NCBI RefSeq assembly: GCF_009834535.1
Contig: NC_045696.1
Span: 64,358,001 to 64,422,000, forward strand
From: Camelus ferus
Taxonomy: Eukaryota
Direction of reading: 5' to 3'
Length of the DNA: 64,000 bases
The position numbers and the translations under genes were made by a program. Positions 1-13,104 of this stretch are shown here, one piece after another. Each line of letters opens with the position of its first letter. Positions within the stretch are counted from its first letter, which is position 1. The notes under the pieces are model-generated. The model was not told the DNA's origin and did not search any database. It worked only from the letters and a program-made list of their open reading frames with translations.

Positions 1-288
1 TTTCATGTTTTGTATGGTTTATCATCATAAAAAAAATATTCACTTAAAAAAAAAGAAGTGCTAATCTGCACAATCTAATTCTGGTTTTTCTGGGAGGTTT
101 GATGCAACAATTGGGGCAGATGTCAAGCAGAGATAAAACCAAGTGGGAAGACAATTGAAATGTGTTGAATAAAAATGTTTTTCATTTCTTTAAATTTATT
201 TTGATTAGGCTTTGTGCAGGACTCAGAATCCTCACAACAAGGTGTTGTGAGGTGGCTTCAGGTGGCTATTTAATCTTCGTGTTTCTAC

Positions 289-399
289 TAGGGTGGCCAT
301 CTCATCCTGGTCTGCCTGGGACTCCCACTTTCAACACAAAAAGGCCCAGGTTTCAGGAAACCCCTTTGTCGGAGCAAATCGGGAGCACTGGCCACTCTA
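289..399 (+). mobile_element. hAT-Blackjack MITE, MER81-like
   Basis: TIRs TAGGGTGGCCA (289-299) and TGGCCACTCTA (389-399, 1 mismatch); 111-bp length and internal sequence resemble the MER81 consensus. Confidence 0.7.
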
Positions 400-1649
400 C
401 TTACAAGTGAATCTTGGAGGTGACGGAGCAACTACGTGGAGCCAAGATTCAAACTCAGTTCTGACTGACTAAAGGACCAAAAGAACTCCAATTAAATGAA
501 TAAGAAAAAGAGAGGAGTGACCATAAAACTTCTCTGCCAATGATCTAGGTATGATAAGATCATATTACTGTAATACCACTCTCTAAAGTTTGGGTTTAAA
601 CTTAAGGGAAATTTAATGTCATGTCAAACATTCTTAGCTAACTGGCCTCTGTCCCTATTAGAGATGTCATTATGACCATCAATATTCTGGAAAATTTGCA
701 GATGCTGCTCTTGTAAAGCAAAGACAAATTTCTGATTTGTGCCTTGTGTTCAGAATGACTGTAAAGGACAGCAAAGAAACAACAGGCTAAGACCCCAGGC
801 ATGGAGTATCATTAGGGCTATAATCAGGATTTGTCCAAAGCCTTTTTAATAAATGACTTTTAATTACTGTAAAAAAAAATTCATTGTAACTGTTAGTAAT
901 GTTCAAAATATAGGCTGACGATTGGATGGGCAAAGATGTTTGGATTGCAGTCAGAGAATGACCTGTATTTGATTTTCCCTATATGCATTAGAGGTGGGCC
1001 GGGGGAATGAGGAAACCAGAGGAGTGGGGTTCACCTGAGTCCCAATAATCCATCTGAGCTGAGAAATCTCAGACATTCACAGATTAATGATGCTATCAGC
1101 TCTGAGGAAACTGTGTCACTGCCCCACGTTGCTTGGTTTGTTTTCATTCCATTTACACATTGAGGTTAACAATAAAACCCTGAAGTGAAAAGAAGAGGAT
1201 GGAATGTCAGCTTCTGTGAGCCTGTAGAAAGAGAAACCTTAGCCGTTAGAGAGAGCTGCCTTGAACAAAAACAAAGCAGCAGCCTGGAAGACTTTACCCA
1301 ACACATTCTCCGTGGAGGTCCACTGAAAGTTTCCCTTATCCACTCAAAGACAAATCCTGCAGAAATGAAGGCAGCCAAGTGGGTGATAGAATAGAACTAC
1401 CCTCAACCTTTTTCTCCTCCAACACCCTTGACAAATGATGTCCACATGCTGGTAAACTCCTGTGACTGCCCCTAAGGCTACTCCAAATTGCCGGTGTGAT
1501 TTCTGGAAATTCACTCTTGCAAATAGAATGCAAGCGAGTGACAGTGATTTCCCTGAAAGTTATTGTACAACAAAAAAGCCAGCCTCGCTTCCAATCCTAA
1601 TTCTTTAACAACCAAGTCAAGAATGACTCCTCTCCCACAAAGATCTGAT

Positions 1650-2080
1650 CTGTATCTTCATAGCATTGTCATTCTCAGTAGAAACAACCCAAATGTCCAT
1701 CAACTGATGAATGAATAAACAAAATATGTTATATCCATGAATGCATAAATGGATGAAGCTCAAAAACGTTAGGCTAAGTGAAAGAAGCCGTACACAAAAG
1801 GATATACATTCTATGATTTCATTTATATAAAATGTCAAGCAAAGGCAAATTCAACCCAGATTAGATTAGTGGTTGCCCTGGGGCTGGGGGTGGAAATGGG
1901 GTGAAATTGTAAATAGGCGTGAGATTTCTTTTTAGGCTGCTGGGGATGTTCTAAAATTAGATTTTGTTGATGGTTGTGCAACTCTGTAAATATACTAAAA
2001 TTCAGTGATGTGTATACTTAAAAACAGGAGAATTTTATGCTGTATACATTGTATCTCAACAAATAGCTTTTAAAGAGAAA
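1650..2080 (+). mobile_element. Old L1 (L1MB-type) 3' UTR fragment
   Basis: Typical L1 3' motifs AACAACCCAAATGTCCATCAACTGATGAATG, GCTAAGTGAAAGAAGCC, GATGGTTGTGCAACTCTGTAAATATACTAAAA; ends A-rich. Confidence 0.85.
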
Positions 2081-2179
2081 AAAAATCACTTTGTAAAAAA
2101 GGCTCATGACATTTCTCATAACCCATAGAGACTGGCCCTGTGTATGTCTACCAAAATCTCCTGCTTCCAAAGCTGCTCT

Positions 2180-2195
2180 CTGCCATCTCCTGGCG
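2180..2195 (-). promoter_or_regulatory. Candidate CTCF core motif
   Basis: Minus strand reads CGCCAGGAGATGGCAG, a close match to the CCASYAGRKGGCRS consensus; motif match only. Confidence 0.4.
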
Positions 2196-3064
2196 CAGAA
2201 GTTCAGGATTTTAAAAAAAAAAAAAACATGCTCTGCATCTCCTCTTTTGTGGATAGAAGTGTGGCACCATCCCCTGTGGCACACTATCACATTTTTATAA
2301 ATATAATCAACCCCATTACATTGACAGGATAGCTTAAGTCTAAATAATCTATCCTAGAAGCAGAGAAACCAGCAGGTATTGTGCTGGGCTTTGTCTCAAG
2401 AACAAAATTCAGGAAAACACAAAGTAAAATGTGCTGCCATGACTTCTCCTTGTTTTGTATCCCCGGGGCATTTTCCCCACCGAAAAAGAAGGATAGTGAT
2501 AATGCTTTCTTGGCATTACAGACTGTTTACACTAAAGAATGTTGCGTATGTGTGAAAAGACAATATAAAGGTGATATCTCCTATTGACATTTGATATAAA
2601 TAATATTGCATTGCAAATGAGTTGAAAACTTAATAAGTTCCTATTACCATATATGGATCTGAAAAAACATGCTAAGCAGAGCAGAGGTTTATAATAACTT
2701 TTGCAGTGGTACAGTTCTATGAAACAAAGCTTAGCAGGTCTAAATTTTACTTTGCTAGGTCACATCTCTGAGTACAAATGTTTTAAAAATCTAGCATGTG
2801 CAAGTTGGAAGGTACCCAAAATGGCACCTAGCCAATCCCCTTAGTTGAGGGAACTGAGGACTATGATAAGCAGCTTGCTCCAACTCACAGAAGAGGGAAG
2901 GGGATTCGGAAGGTAGAGACCAGTTCTCCTGACTCCACAATCTTGTACTCGTTCCGCTGTAACCATCATTCCTAAGATATGCACAAGGAGTTACACGCCG
3001 GATGAATGAGACTACAGAGGGTCTTCTCTCTGAGGATACCCCAGATTCAATTAGAAAAAATTAG

Positions 3065-3405
3065 GTAAAAGTGACAAATTGTTATTCTGTGGACTAAATC
3101 CAGCCCACAGACAAGACTGCTTGCTCAATGTGGATTGTTTAAATTTTTATATTGTCAATTTTTTTAAATTTGGAGATTTTCTATATAAATTCAGATTTCC
3201 CACTTTTTTGGTCTATTTTTAGAAAATGGGAACTTTGCCAGCACTGAGCCAGCATCTTTATGACAGCAGTCACTGGAAGTGAGTGGTGGTTGCCCTGTTT
3301 AGAAGATGCTTCCCTTTTCAGTGTGGATTTTTTTTCTAACACCTGATCTACTTCTTTCATTTTTGTTACCCAGACCCTTGTAAGCATTCGAGTTTGTGAC
3401 GCTGA
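3065..3405 (-). mobile_element. hAT-Charlie element, MER102-like
   Basis: AAATCCAGCCCACAGAC...GGAGATTTT...AAATTCAGATTTC...GCATTCGAGTTTGTGAC matches the reverse complement of the MER102 consensus. Confidence 0.65.
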
Positions 3406-4036
3406 GTTAGGGGATCTGGGAATACTGACTGATAGATTATATATGTCAAGGTAGAACTTCTAAGAGATGCGTGGAGCCTTGAGGCTGCCTGAGTTCTTAG
3501 TCTCTCTGGTTGGATATAATTTATGCAAAGCACAACCGTTGGGCATACATATGAGCATCAGATTAATTAAGGATCTCCTGAAACTGACTGAGGAATTGGA
3601 ATTGGTCAGTTTGTTTCAGGGAAAGGGCACTGGATATTCTAGGCTAGGTTTGCTCTCAACATTTGTGGGGCTCAGAGTAAGACTGCAAATACAGGCCCGT
3701 GTACTCAATGCCTACATTTTCAGTCATTCCAGGCTTACGCTAACAGACTATTCAACAAAATAAGAATCTATATTCCATTGAAAATGTAACTATATGACAT
3801 GAAGGTCAGGTTTAAATTGAAAATTCTCAGACACCTTGGAGCTCCAGACCAGAACAAGATAACATACAAGACTCCCCCATAGCCTGTCCCACCTCTTCCC
3901 TTCCTGTGTCCATCCTCTACCACAAGGGGCTTCACACACAGATGCATAGACATCCAGCCTTCATACCGAGCTCTGCCCATCACCTTCCCTTCAAGTAACA
4001 TTTCCTGCCTACTTCTTGGGTCTAGGGAATCTTGCA

Positions 4037-4245
4037 CAGGTGGTGGGCAAGAATCAGTGAGCCTATGGGCCAAATTCAGACCACAACCTGTTTTTGTACG
4101 ACCTATTAGCTCAGAATGGTTTTTACATTTTTTTAAAGGGTTATAAAAATTACAAAGAAGAATATGTGACAGAGACTCTAAATGGTCTGCAAAGCCCGAA
4201 GTATTTACTATCTTGCCCTTTACAGAAAAACTTTGCCTACTCCTC
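4037..4245 (-). mobile_element. hAT-Charlie MITE, MER58 family
   Basis: GGGCCAAATTCAGACCAC...GTATTTACTATCTTGCCCTTTACAGAAAAACTTTGCC is the diagnostic MER58 terminus. Confidence 0.8.
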
Positions 4246-5339
4246 TTCTGAGGTCCCAGGCAGTTTCCTCTTGCTCTGATCTAAGAGCAGTAAGATAACC
4301 TCTAAAACTCTCATGGAGCCAATTCAAAGTCTACTTGCCTCCTCCAGAATCTCTCAGTGACGCTGGAACCAGTCCTCTAATACTGCAAATCAAAGAGGAT
4401 TTGGATGGGGCTGGAGATGGAGGCCACAGGCAAACTAGCATACATAGAACACCTATTCTGAGTGAGGCACTGTGTGCTAAGTTATTTGCAAACATTGTCT
4501 TATTCAAGCCTCTCAGGCCATCTCCAGTCAAGAGTAGAAATCTGACAAACCGGGTGGGTATGGAGACATGTAAAATTCTTAATGTTTGCTGAAATTAATG
4601 TTATCATCAGCAGCAGCAGTTTAGTTTAATTTGATGATGAGGATGATGGAGAGGAAAATCATTTTAAAAATAAGAACAATTTTCATTAAATATAGACTTG
4701 AATCTTTTTTTTTTTTTTTTTTTACCCTTTCCGCAGCAAAGGGATCCGAGAGCTTAGCTGAAGCTCAGAAGTTGGGAGTTCAATATCCCAGAGACCACAG
4801 TGATTAAATTCCACCCTCTGCTTCTCCTCTGTGTCTCTGTAGGGAGAGAGACAGATGGTGTGTCAGGAGAAAGAGGATCATGTGGAGATGAGTCTCTCTG
4901 ACACTGGCTCAGAGGCAGCTTTATACGAGGCCAGTGGCCTAGAATGGAATCAAATACTGACATTAAAAGAGGAGGCACTGGGGAGTTTCCACATCACGGA
5001 GGCCAGCACCTTCCTTTGCAGCCTGCCCGAGGTACTGTGATCTGCTCCTTCCTCACACACATACAGCAGCACTTCCCCAAAGGAAAAGAAGCCCTGCCTT
5101 CTCACTGAAAGGCATCATTTCAGATCCCTGAACCGGGCTAAGAACAAAGAAACCTCCAAGCAAGTCACTCATGACCTTTGAGGTTTATCTGATTTTCTTA
5201 TTCACAGCCATACAGATGGCTTTTATTTTTTGAAAAGCAAAGGCAAAAGCCTCACTGTAATTGAATCAATCAAAGGAGTAGGAGGTTGATTTTTACTGGC
5301 TTTCTTCAGTAAGAAATAGCTTTATCTATTGCTAATACA

Positions 5340-8300
5340 GAAAACCTTGGTTGTAATCTAGTAGAGAATTGGGTGAAAAATTCCAAAATCAGAAAAGTAC
5401 AGAGAAGAATATAACAATGCCCATATATTCATCACCCAGACTGAATAAGATTTTGTCATAATTGCTTCAGAACTTTTTAAATATAAAATAAATTAATGCT
5501 TTTCAAGTTAAATTCCCTTTTTTACCCACATTTCCCCACAGTCCCATTAAAACTGTTACTAATGAATTATATTAATAGTCTTAATGGTGAATTATTACTC
5601 CTTAGAGTAAATCTTACTTGCTCAAATGTATGTGTATGTATATGTGTATTTGTGTAGTACGGTGTTAAATTCTGTCTGTATGATATCATTTATGATTTGT
5701 GCATTTCTGTTCACTAGTAATATTAGATTATAACTATAGTCTTTAAAATTATTTAGGTAAGTGATCTCCTTTTTCTACTCTCTGAAACAGTTTGCAAATT
5801 AAAGTGATTAGTATTCCATTTTAGTTTGGAGAAATTCACCTGTATAACTATCTCATGCTGGTAAGATATTTTTCTTTTTACTATTAATCTAATTTTTAAG
5901 GTTTTCAATCTGTTAGTTTTTGGTCAGTTTTTCAATTTATATTTTTCACTACATTCAAATTTTTTAATTTATTGGCGAAGTTGTTCATGGTATCCTTTTG
6001 ACGAATCTTAAAAATTCAACTATATTGGTAATATTTTCCCTTTCATATTTCTTTTAGTTATTTGTGACTTCTTTCCTTTTCTCAATTAATTTTGCCAGAT
6101 ATGTTTGCTTTATTATTCAAATCATCGTAAGCAGCTCTCTGCAGAAAACTGCCCTTAGCAGAAAAGAAAACTACCCTTTGGTCTTGTCACAGCCTTAAGC
6201 CAGGCACCCCCATGCTCTACTCTCTGGCACTAGCACACCTTTCAAATCTTGATCACACAATATCTTGCTTAACCTGTGGGTCCTCTTCATAGATCAAAGA
6301 AGTAGAATGGAGAATAAGTAATTAACAGATGACTGGATCTCTAGCTTCCCCTTCCATAATCTCACAAACAAACTTTGTGAACAAGATAGCTTCTAAAGAA
6401 AAGATCAGGAGAAGTTGACAAGCCTGCACACAGTGGAGGATGCTGATGACTCTGACTCCCTGTCTCAGTGACTAACTGAGCTTTACGTCCCCTTTCCCAT
6501 TTAAAACTTTCATGGCTGAGCAGAATTTTCAGAGCTGGTTTTTGAGGGCATTGAGTCCACCATCTCCCCAGGTTGCTGGAATTCTGATTAAAAGCAACTT
6601 TCCTTTCTATCAACATTTGTCTCTCCCAAGTATTGATTTTTGTGCAGCAAACAGCCAAACCTGAGTTTGGTAAAATAATCAGCTTTTTACTTTTGATAAT
6701 TTATTTCTCTTATTGTTATATCACTAATTTTTTATTTTAACCTTTTCCTATATTCTTTGTTTGCTTTGATTTTTTTCTTTTCTAACTCCTTGACTTGAAA
6801 CCTTATCCCATTTATTTTCATTATTCTTTTCAAATAAAATTATGCTTTTCAAATAAAAGCAGCTACACCCAATTTTATATGTAATTCTTTTGTTCAAAAC
6901 TAAGTATTTCACATTTTTTATTATGATTACTTCAACTTATGAGTTGTTAAGTGTTGCCTTGTTTTCAAATAAATTTCTTGTTTAAAATGTTTCAACTAAT
7001 TTCTTACTGGTTGTTTTTGGTAATTGAATGCACTGTTTATCATTTCTTTGGAATCTGTTGGGAGTCCCTTCGTGGCATTGTAGAAGGTCATTTTGGGAGA
7101 ATGTTTTTTGTGTATGCTTGAAAATAATTTAGATTCTTGTTTGAGGCTAAGTTCTATATAGGTGCTGAATTAAGCTAATTAAATGCATTATTCATATTAC
7201 TACAATGCTACTATTTTTTTTTTCTCCATGAGCTATCAACTTCTGAAAATGTTGTATGAAAATCTCCCTCTGTGATTATATTAATGTAGTAAATTGCATT
7301 GATTGATTTTCTATTGTTAAACTACCCTTGCATTCCTGAAATAAATTCTCATAGGTCATGATTTTTTTAAATTCATTTTGCTAATGATTGGTCTAAGATT
7401 TTTGTTTCTATGTTTATAAGGAAGATAAGCCTGTGTATTTCCTTTATTCTAATATCTATGCAATAGAATGAGTTGGAAAATGTTCCCTCTTTTCCAGTTC
7501 TCTGGAAGATATTGAGTAGGATTGTTATCCTTTCTTTCATAAATGCTTGGAAGATTTATCAGGGAAACCAGTAGGGCCAATAGTTTTTTTTGTGGGAAGG
7601 TTTTTGAAAATGGATTCACTTTTCTTGATACGTATGAGAATTCAGATGTTCTCTTTCTGCTTGAGTTAGTTTTGATAAATTGTATCTTTCAATGAAATTA
7701 TCAAATTGGCATAAAGTTGTTCATAAAAATATTACCATCTTTTTCATATCTGTAGGATGTATAGCCATGTCCTCACTTTTACTCCTAATATTAGTAACCT
7801 GAGTTTTCTCTCTTTTTCTTAGTCTTGCTAGGAGTTTATCATTTGCATTCATTTTTTTTTTTTAAGGAACTTTTGGCTTTTTTTTTCCTCTCATGCATCT
7901 GCTTTCTATTTCATTGATTACTACTGTTAACTGTCATTTTCTTCTATTTTCTTTGGCTATGATTCTCTGTTCCTCTTCTAGCTTATTAAGTTAGAAAATT
8001 TATTTTCAATCTTCTTTCCTAATGTATGCATTAGGAACCATGAATTTCTCTCTAAACATTGTTTTAACTTAGTCACACAAGTTTTGATATATCCCATTTT
8101 CGTTATTACTGATTTTTAAACGTTTTCTAATTTCCATTGAGATTTTTCTGTTTAAAACATGAGTTATTTAAAAGTATATGATGTAATTCCCAAGTGATTG
8201 GGAAATATTTTTGTTATTGAGAGATAGCTTAATTCTACTGTTGTCTAAAAGCATACTCTACTTAATTTTAATTTTTTGGAATTTGTTGAGACTTGCTTTA

Positions 8301-11300
8301 TGGCACAACATATGGTTCCTTTTTGGTAAAAGTTTCACGTGCACCTGGAAGAATACTCTGTATTCTTCAGTTAATGGGTGCAGTTTCTACAAATACCAGT
8401 TTTGTCAAATTAAATAACCATGTTGTTCAAGTCTTTTCTGTTCTTTCTATCATTATTTTTTAATTTGCATATTCTATTAGTTACTAAGAAAAGTATGTTA
8501 AAAGCACCAACTGTAATTGTATGTTTTTTCATTTCTCCCTCTAGTAGTATCAAATTTTCCTTTATGTATTTTGAAATTATTTTATTAGGTTCATACAAAT
8601 TTTTACTTTTTTCTTGCATTTTCCTGAGTAAAACTTTCAGTACAATGTTAAGTGAAATTGGTAGTAGCAGCATCCCTGTCTTGTTTTGTATCTCAAGGAA
8701 AGTTTTTAATATTTTATTTATTTAATTTGATGTTTGCTATATACATTTTATAAAGTACTCTTTGTCAATAAAAGAAGTTCCCTCCTATTCCTTTTATGCT
8801 AAGGCTTTTTTTTTTAATCATGAATGGAAGATAAGCTTTATCAAGTAATTTTCTTTATCTCATAAGATCATATTTTTGGTTTTTTCTATTACTTTGGTAA
8901 ATTATATTACTTGATTTTTAATGTCATATCACCCTTAATACCTAGAATAAACTCTACTTGATTATGATGTATACTTTTCTATATAATGCATAATTTCATT
9001 TGCTAGTCTTTTCTTTAAGATTTCTATCCATGTTCTGTACTTTTTATTCTTGGGATTTTTGTCTGTGATCTGTATTTTTTTCTTTCTGGTAATATTATAG
9101 TCAGTTTCTTAAATCAACATTATGAATTATGGCCCATAAAGAATTGAGAAGAATGCACCAGTTTTTAAATCTCTAAAAAAAGTTTTGGAGATTGTTTTTT
9201 CTTCCTTAAATATTTGGAAAAAATTAATCAAGCACCCGGACCTGGGAGTTTTCTTTCGGTATATGGTTTTAAAATTTGATCCAATTTATCTAATAGATAT
9301 AGGAGTATTCAGGTATATTATTTGTTTCTTGGTCAGATTTGACAAGTTGCATTTATCAAGAAATTTCTCTATTTCATCTAAATTGTAAAATATTAATACA
9401 AATTATTTATAATATTCTTTTATTATCTTTGAAAATATCTTTATTATCTAAAGTGAGGTCCTCTTTTGCATTTATTTTATTGATAATTTTGTATATTCTC
9501 TCATTTTTTCTTGATCAGTTTTCTTAGTGGATTATTAATGGTATTAATCTCTGCAAAGAATCAAATTTTGAATCAAATGACTTTCTCTATTATATGTATG
9601 TTTTCTCCTTTATTGATTTCTGCTCTTATCTTTAGTACTTTTTTCTTCCACTTCCTTTGGGTTAAATTTGCTATTTTGTTTTCAAGCATCTTAAAATAGA
9701 ACCTTAGAACATTGATTTTGAGTCTAACTTTCTTTCAAATATATGCATTTAACCCTATAAGCATCCTTATTCCTATTAGCACTGCTTTAGATGTATTTTA
9801 TAAGATTGTATACAAAGTGTCTTTGTTATCTTTCAGTTAAAATTATGTTCTTATTTCATTTTTATTTCCTCTTTATTATTATTTTAAATTGTTTAAAATT
9901 ATTTTAAAATGTGCTATGTAATTTCCAAGCAATTGGAGATTTCTTGTTGTCTTTTTTGTGATTGAATTATATTCATTCAACTGTGGGCAGAGAAATTATT
10001 GTGAATGATCTCAAATTTTTCAAATTTCTTGAAGTTTGCCTTATGACCTAGAATATAATCAATCTTGGTAAAGGCCAAGTATACTTGAAAAGACTGAGTA
10101 TGTTGTCATTGTTGTGTGTGGTGTCTATATGTGTCCATTATGTCAGGTTTCCAATTATTTTCAAATTTTCTATACCCTTCCTGAGTGTATCTTTACTTGC
10201 TTGTTCCATTATATACTGAGAGAAATATGTTAAAGTTTGCCTTTATGATTATAATTTTATCTAGTTCTTATTTTAATTCTCTCCATTATTGCTCTCTATA
10301 TTTTAGGGCTATAATATTGGATACATGAAAATTTGAATTGCTATAATATATTGGTTAATTGACTTCTTTAACATTATTAAATGTCTGTCATTGTCTCTTG
10401 TAAAGCTTTAGTCCATGAAATCTTCATTTGGCATTAGTATGTTCACGCTACCTTTTTCTGGTTAGTGTATACATGGTATATCTTTTTCCATTTTTAAATT
10501 CTGAACCAATCTATGTACTTGTATTTAAAGCATGCATCTTGTAAGTAGTATATTGTTGAGCATTTTTTAATCCACTCTAGCAATATTGTCTTTTAGTTGG
10601 CATGTTCAGTCCATTTACATTTAATGTAATTAGTGTTTTAAATTAATCTATTTAATGAAACTAAATACATCAATGTAGTTAAATTTAATTCCACAATTAC
10701 TCTGTTTTCTATTTGACTCACTTATTTTATGTTCCTTTTTCTATTTCTTATCATTTTTTGATTAATCAAAATGTTTTATTATACCATGATTTCCTCCAAT
10801 GAGTGCTCATTTATGTATTTCTTTTTTATTTTTTTTAGTAGTTACCCTAGAGATTACTGCATACATCCTTAACTTAGTATAATCTAATACAATTTATCAC
10901 TTTTAACTGCTTCTCGAGTATTGCTAGAACCTTAGAACATGTTAACTTATTCTTCCTCCTCTTGCCTTTTGCATTATTTTTTTCATAAATTTTAATCCTA
11001 CATATGCATTTTTAAGCCCCACAGAACATTACTATTTTTGTAAAGTTAATATTCACTTAAATCTGCCCACACATTTTTTCTTTTCATTATTCTCTTTTCC
11101 TTTCTATATTTCTGTCCTCTCACTTTATTTCTTCTAGTGGAGACTGCTGATGACAAATTATTTTTTATTTTTCTTTTAAAATGTATTTATCTTTCATTTT
11201 GAAGAAAAATTTTGCTGAGTATAAAGTTACAGCTTGTCAATTATTTCCTTTGGGTACATTGTCTTCTAGATGTCACTATTTCTGTTAAGAGGTCATTTGC

Positions 11301-12150
11301 CAGTATTTTTTTGCTCCTTTAAGGTGATACTTCTCTTTTCTCTGCTACCCTTTAAAATCTATTTTCTTTTTTCTTTTGTTTTCAGCGGTTACACTATGAT
11401 GTGTGTAGATGTGGGGTTTTTGCTTTTTTTTTAATCCTGTTTAGAGTCTGTAAACTGTGTTCAGTATGTGGATTGGTGTCTTTCATTGGGAAAATTCTTG
11501 ACATTGTCTATTATCTCTTCAAATATTCTTTTGCCTCATTCTCTCTCCTTTTTTCTTGGAACAGCAATTACATGTAGGTCCTATCTTTTGACTGTGTCCC
11601 ACATTTTGCTTACGTTCTTTTCTCTATTTTCTACTCTTTTTTCCTCTGTGTTTCAAACAAAGAAATTATTCATCTCTTCATTTACTTTATCCATTTTGCC
11701 TCCATTTTATTCTACATAATAATGAATAATGAAGTATTTTGCTTTTAGTTTCAACATCTAGATAACCTATAGGTCTGCTGTTTCTCTTCCTACCTCTGAT
11801 CCCAAAGCTTGACTTTGAGTTTTGGGTTTTATAGCCTTATACCCTGGTTTGCCTGCTTTATACTTTTTCTTTTAAGTGAATTTTGGTTATTATATATAAA
11901 GAAAATATAAAATCTTTGCATCCTTGTATGTTATCTTTCTCCGGAGAAGGTTTAATTTTATCCTGATGGGAAGATACTGTACAAGCAAACGGATCATCAT
12001 GATTCAATTAAGGTTTGAGATATTTTGAGGTTGTTTCAGGCTTTTCAATAGCCTGTCTATTCTTAGTTTGTATTGACACCTAAGACATAAGCCTTCTGTC
12101 ATCCTGAGCAAAAGCCTTAGTTATATTCCTGGTCCCCTTCTGCTCAGGAG
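5340..12150 (-). mobile_element. Large degraded old L1 (L1M) block made of several ORF2 fragments, interrupted by an ERV1 LTR
   Basis: Very T-rich plus strand; minus ORF 8410-8673 has endonuclease-like (HTITVGAFN, cf. TIIVGDFN) and RT-like (SLNIVLKVL, cf. LFNIVLEVL) remnants; many stops and frameshifts. Confidence 0.85.
6126..6675 (+). mobile_element. ERV1-class solo LTR nested in L1
   Basis: Eroded TG...CA ends (CGTAAG...GGTAAAA), TCAT/TAAT 4-bp TSD-like flanks, ATTAAA signal near 6587, U5-like end similar to the LTR at 63418; GC-richer than the flanking L1. Confidence 0.75.
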
Positions 12151-12176
12151 ACCCTTAACTCCTGTTTTTCTCTTTT

Positions 12177-12558
12177 GGTCTTAGTCAGCTCAGGTTGCCA
12201 TAAAAAGCACCATAGACCAGGTGGCTAAAACAACAGAAATTTATTTTCTCACTGTGTAAAGTCTAGACGGCTGAGATTAGGATGCCAGCATGGTTGGATT
12301 GAAGTGAGTGCTTTCTTCTTGGCTTGCAGATACTTACCTCCTGTTGCAGCCTCACATGGCCTTTCCTCAATGCATCACACAGAAAGAGAGAAAGATTTCT
12401 TTCTTCCTCTTCTTATGAGATGACTAATTCCATCATGGTCACCCTGCTCTCTGACCTAATCCAACCCTAATTACCTCTCAAAGGCCCCATCTTCAAATAC
12501 CATCACATTGGGGGTTAGGACTGTGATTCTGGGGGGACACAAACAGCAAGTCCATAAA
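12177..12558 (-). mobile_element. MaLR solo LTR, MLT1A/MLT1A0-like
   Basis: GTCTTAGTCAGCTCAGGTTGCCATA...AACAACAGAAATTTATTTTCTCAC...CCCTAATTACCTC...ACCATCACATTGGGGGTTAGG. Confidence 0.85.
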
Positions 12559-13104
12559 GCTGCCCAACCTAGTAAGACTTCCAGAGGCTCTATTAGCATT
12601 TTAGCCTTTGAGCAGCTGCTTTGTGTTTGTTTTCTCAGCCTCTTTCCCCCATATGTACAGCTTAGGAATCATCAAATGCCTCAGTGGAAAGTTATGTGCT
12701 GGGCTTACTTATCCAAAGTTTGTTTTTCTTCGTTGTCGTGACCCCTCACATCATGGCTACTTCGGTTGCTCCCTGGCACTTTTCAACATCTGTGTTGTGC
12801 ATTTTATTTTCTTTTATAATTATTTTCAGCAGGAGTTTATTCTGATACAAGCTACTCTTTTACCTATAAGCAGTAGCATACTCTTTGTTTTCTGAATTGC
12901 CTGGATGAGAAAGAATACATGCAATGCAAGAAGGCCATTTTTTCCAGGAATAAGATTATATAGCAGAACTCCCCTTGTGTTCTCTAGAAATTCAGATGCA
13001 GATGTTATTGATTCTTTTCTGTTTTACTCTTTTTATTTATTTCCAATCTTTATATTAATTTCATTTGGGAACTATTCGATCAGTAAAATTTTACTTGCCC
13101 AAAC

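Noticed and set aside
8211..11719. Hydrophobic F/L/I-rich plus-strand ORFs resembling membrane proteins
   Set aside because: Artefacts of reading the T-rich antisense strand of degraded L1
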